Positions 61,555-64,000 of a DNA stretch of 64,000 nt are shown one piece after another. Each line of letters opens with the position of its first letter. The first letter of the stretch is position 1. The notes under the pieces were generated by a model. It ran no database searches and was not told where the DNA came from. It saw only the letters and a program-made list of their open reading frames with translations. Made by a program: the position numbers and the translations under genes. The DNA is from an uncultured Actinomycetes bacterium (GTDB taxonomy: Bacteria; Actinomycetota; Thermoleophilia; Solirubrobacterales; Solirubrobacteraceae), in contig CAVRIM010000004.1 of NCBI GenBank assembly GCA_963721255.1, positions 81,190 through 145,189 on the forward strand, written 5' to 3'.

Positions 61555-62317
61555 CTCGCGAACCCGGGAGGGTTGCGGGGGCAGTCCGGGCCGCCTGTGC
61601 AGGCTCGTGAGCTGCTCGCCGCGCGGGACCTCGCCCACGATGTCCGGCGGCTCGCCCGGCCGCCGGCGAGCGACCTGTGGGCTCGGTCGTCGACCGGCAG
61701 CGTCAGCTCGATCATCGCCATGCCGATCTGGATCCGGTCGCCGCCGACAAGGTTCTCGTGCTCCACCGACGCGCTCACCGTTGATGTACGTGCCGTTCGT
61801 CGAGTGGAGGTCGTCGATCCAGGCCTTGCCGTCCTGCACCGTGACCTTCGCGTGGCGCCGGGAGACCTCGGAGTCGATCACCCGCAGGTCGCTTCCCTCG
61901 TCACGGCCGATCGTCGCACTGCCGTGCAGCGTCGTCGACTCGCCCGCGCCCCACCCGCTGACGATCGTCAGCGCGCCTTCGCCGCTCGCTTCCGGAGCGC
62001 GCCGCGGCGGGTGCGGGGGCGGGCACGAACTCGAGCGTGCACCCGCCGAGCTCGACCTTGTCGCCGGCGCGCAGCGCGTAGGGCCCGTCGAGGCGCTCGC
62101 CGTTCACGAACGTGCCGTTGCTGGAGCCGAGGTCCTCGAGCACGGCCTCCGTGCCACGGATCACGATCCGCGCGTGCCGTCGGGAGACCTCGCCGCTGGG
62201 ATCGGTGAGGACGACGTCGGCGCCCGTGTCGCGGCCGAGCACGACGTCCGACACCAGCTCGAACGTGCGCTCCGCGCCGTCGCCCTGCGCGATGCGCAAC
62301 GTCCCGATCGCCGTCAT
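61555..62317 (-). CDS. tandem FHA-domain module (FHA1 - linker - FHA2 - Pro-rich linker), frame interrupted about 3 times; no stop before the MFS module
   Basis: FHA1 is ORF 61901-62317 (VVLGRDTGADVVLTDPSGEVSRRHARIVIRGTEAVLEDLGSSNGTFVNGERL...GDKVELGGCTLEF). FHA2 is in the ORF 60970-61881 frame (TIGRDEGSDLRVIDSEVSRRHAKVTVQDGKAWIDDLHSTNGTYINGERV), with its last strands in ORF 61449-61778 (VEHENLVGGDRIQIGMAMIELTLPVDD). It then returns to the 60970-61881 frame (PSPQVARRRPGEPPDIVGEVPRGEQ...). Breaks are at ~61985, ~61772 and ~61690. Confidence 0.75.
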
Positions 62318-62557
62318 GCGCCCCTACGGACGAATACGCTCGAGCCTGTTGACGCGCACATGCGCCCGAACACCGGTATCACGGCGCGATTCTCGTGAAT
62401 CGGGAGAGTCACGTCAACTTCGCGGAAGAAGCAATCGAATCAACCTGCCGCAAGGCGGGCGTGGCGACAGGCGGGATATGCTGGCGCCCCGAGCCGAAAC
62501 GCTTCGCCACCGACGTGCCGTCGGTCGCGCTGAAGCTCGTCAAGCAGGACATAGCGC

Positions 62558-63010
62558 GTGATGAGACCTCCACACGCCTCCATTGGCGAACGAGCGTCGC
62601 GCACGCCCGCCCGCTCGCGGAGCCTGAGGGCCTCCCGACCTTTGCTGCCGGCTCTCGTCGCCGTTGCGCTCCTGGCCGCTGGGTGCGGCACCCGGGCGCA
62701 CCCGGCGCCCGTCACCCGTGGGTCGAGCGGACCGGTGCAGGTCTTGATGAAGACGCTGGAATTCACCCCCGCCGCCGTCCACGCCAACGTGGGGCAGCGG
62801 GTCGTCTGGATGAACGACGACAGCTCGCCGCACAACGTGACGTATGTGAGCGGCCCGCGGTTCACGTCCTCGCGGCTGATGCGACCGGGCGCGACGTTCT
62901 CGATCGGGCTCACGGCGCCCGGGACGATCCACTACTTCTGCACGATCCATCCGTGGATGAAGGCGACGATCGCCGTCTCCCGCGTGACGAGGGGGCGGAT
63001 CAGAGTGTGA
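62558..63010 (+). CDS. cupredoxin (plastocyanin/amicyanin-like) blue-copper lipoprotein
   Basis: ORF 62558-63010. LVAVALLAAGCG lipobox. VVWMNDDSSPHNV...GTIHYFCTIHPWMKATI supplies the His, Cys, His and Met type-1 Cu ligands. Confidence 0.8.
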   Translation: MMRPPHASIGERASRTPARSRSLRASRPLLPALVAVALLAAGCGTRAHPAPVTRGSSGPVQVLMKTLEFTPAAVHANVGQRVVWMNDDSSPHNVTYVSGPRFTSSRLMRPGATFSIGLTAPGTIHYFCTIHPWMKATIAVSRVTRGRIRV

Positions 63011-64000
63011 TCCCGAGCAGGTGGCACAGCAGTGCGAACCGATCCTCCCCCGGCGTCGCGGCGAGCGCGACCGACGGATGGAGCGCGACAGCGTACGTCG
63101 TGACGGAGCGGCCGGAGCCGGCCGTCGCGGTCGACGTCGCCACCAGGTTGCCGCAGAGCGCCGGCGCGGTCGCCTCCCCGGGCAGGCTGCGCTTGAGTTC
63201 GCTGCGATCCAGGACGTTGTCGTAGATCCCGTTGTGGTTGTAGTCGATGCCGTGCACGATCACGATCGCGTTGTTCGCGCGGATCGCCGCGGCGACCCCG
63301 GCGGGGACGGTGATCTTGCGCGAGTAGCGGATCGTCCCCGTGGTGGGAAAGCGCGGGAAGTTGAGGATGCTCTTGGGAGTGGTGTCACCACTCGAGGTCA
63401 GCGCCACCTGCGGCGGCCCGTAGAACGCGATCCCGTTGCTCGTGCTGATCGCCGCGTGCCCGTTGTGCAGGCGCGCCGCGGAAGCCGGCGGGCACTCGCC
63501 CTTACCGCCCGCGTGGATGTGCATCGCGTGTGGCGACCCGTTGAGCAGCCCGGCGGCATCGAGGGTCACCGCCGCGACATTCCCGTCGAGCCGGACGGTC
63601 GCGGCACCGCCGCCCGTCACCCGGTTCGTCGGCACGGGCCGCTGGGCGGACTCGAAAGGCTGCCCGGCCGGCTTCGGCTTGGAGGAGTCGTTCGAGCCCA
63701 ACACGACCACGGCGACGACGGCCAGGCCGGCGACCAGCGCCAGGGCCGCCGCGATCCCCAGGCCTCGACGGCGCCGGCGTCTTGTTGGGGTCGTGCCCGC
63801 GGGGCCCGCCGCGGCCGCTCCTGGTGCGGCGAGGTCCGCGGCCGGTGATGGGAACCCGCCCAGCGTCGCCTCCAACGGCCGAACGGGCTCCGGGGCCGCT
63901 GCGCGAGTCTCCGCGCCATCCCGCGCGGCCGCTGCGCTCGCCGGCTCGCTCTCCGCGCCCGGGCCGGCCGGGGTCGCCGCCTCGTCGGGTGCGGCGAGCG
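63000..64000 (-). CDS. CHRD-domain-like membrane-anchored protein; the 5' end is unresolved and may run off the window
   Basis: ORF 63000-63875. TM GIAAALALVAGLAVVAVVVLG, then AATVRLDGNVAAVTLDAAGLL...HAMHIHAGGKGECP...IVIVHGIDYNHNG. The track start at 63875 is a TTG. The frame stays open with no ATG or GTG all the way to position 64000. Confidence 0.55.
   Translation of the reverse strand, partial: LAAPDEAATPAGPGAESEPASAAAARDGAETRAAAPEPVRPLEATLGGFPSPAADLAAPGAAAAGPAGTTPTRRRRRRGLGIAAALALVAGLAVVAVVVLGSNDSSKPKPAGQPFESAQRPVPTNRVTGGGAATVRLDGNVAAVTLDAAGLLNGSPHAMHIHAGGKGECPPASAARLHNGHAAISTSNGIAFYGPPQVALTSSGDTTPKSILNFPRFPTTGTIRYSRKITVPAGVAAAIRANNAIVIVHGIDYNHNGIYDNVLDRSELKRSLPGEATAPALCGNLVATSTATAGSGRSVTTYAVALHPSVALAATPGEDRFALLCHLLGITL

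Noticed and set aside
1-64000. Programmed ribosomal frameshifting or phase variation as the explanation for the frame breaks
   Set aside because: There are too many sites (about 60), in unrelated housekeeping and accessory genes. The sites lack slippery heptamers or long tracts, and the runs involved are only 2-4 nt long.

Overview
Very GC-rich (roughly 70% or more by eye) bacterial chromosomal segment with Actinomycetota-like gene content; Thermoleophilia/Solirubrobacterales type is only a guess. I resolve about 60 protein-coding genes. I found no rRNA, tRNA, CRISPR array, transposase or integrase. Contents, in order:
- 5' end of a sigma-70 gene, then folE2, pgsA, an aldo/keto reductase and a lone clpP.
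- M32 carboxypeptidase, FAH hydrolase and a potADBC-type polyamine ABC operon.
- A lipoprotein/MacA/MacB exporter operon, divergent from an OmpR/histidine-kinase pair.
- A CsoR-controlled copper island (csoR, copZ, copA, a YtkA-like protein) with two palindromic operators.
- Three giant secreted repeat proteins: 14-blade PD40, 13 x FN3, and 6 x NHL plus an unknown domain.
- A second FtsX/ABC exporter and a block of uncharacterised secreted proteins with HtrA.
- A pair of FHA-domain membrane proteins, one of which looks like a tandem-FHA::MFS transporter fusion.

The dominant technical feature is about 60 single-base frame breaks in about 29 genes. They are patchily distributed and mostly sit in short G/C runs, while catalytic motifs stay intact. 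I therefore rebuilt many genes across ORF-track fragments. All frameshift coordinates are approximate (about +/-10 nt). Functional calls come from motif recognition by eye, not from database searches.
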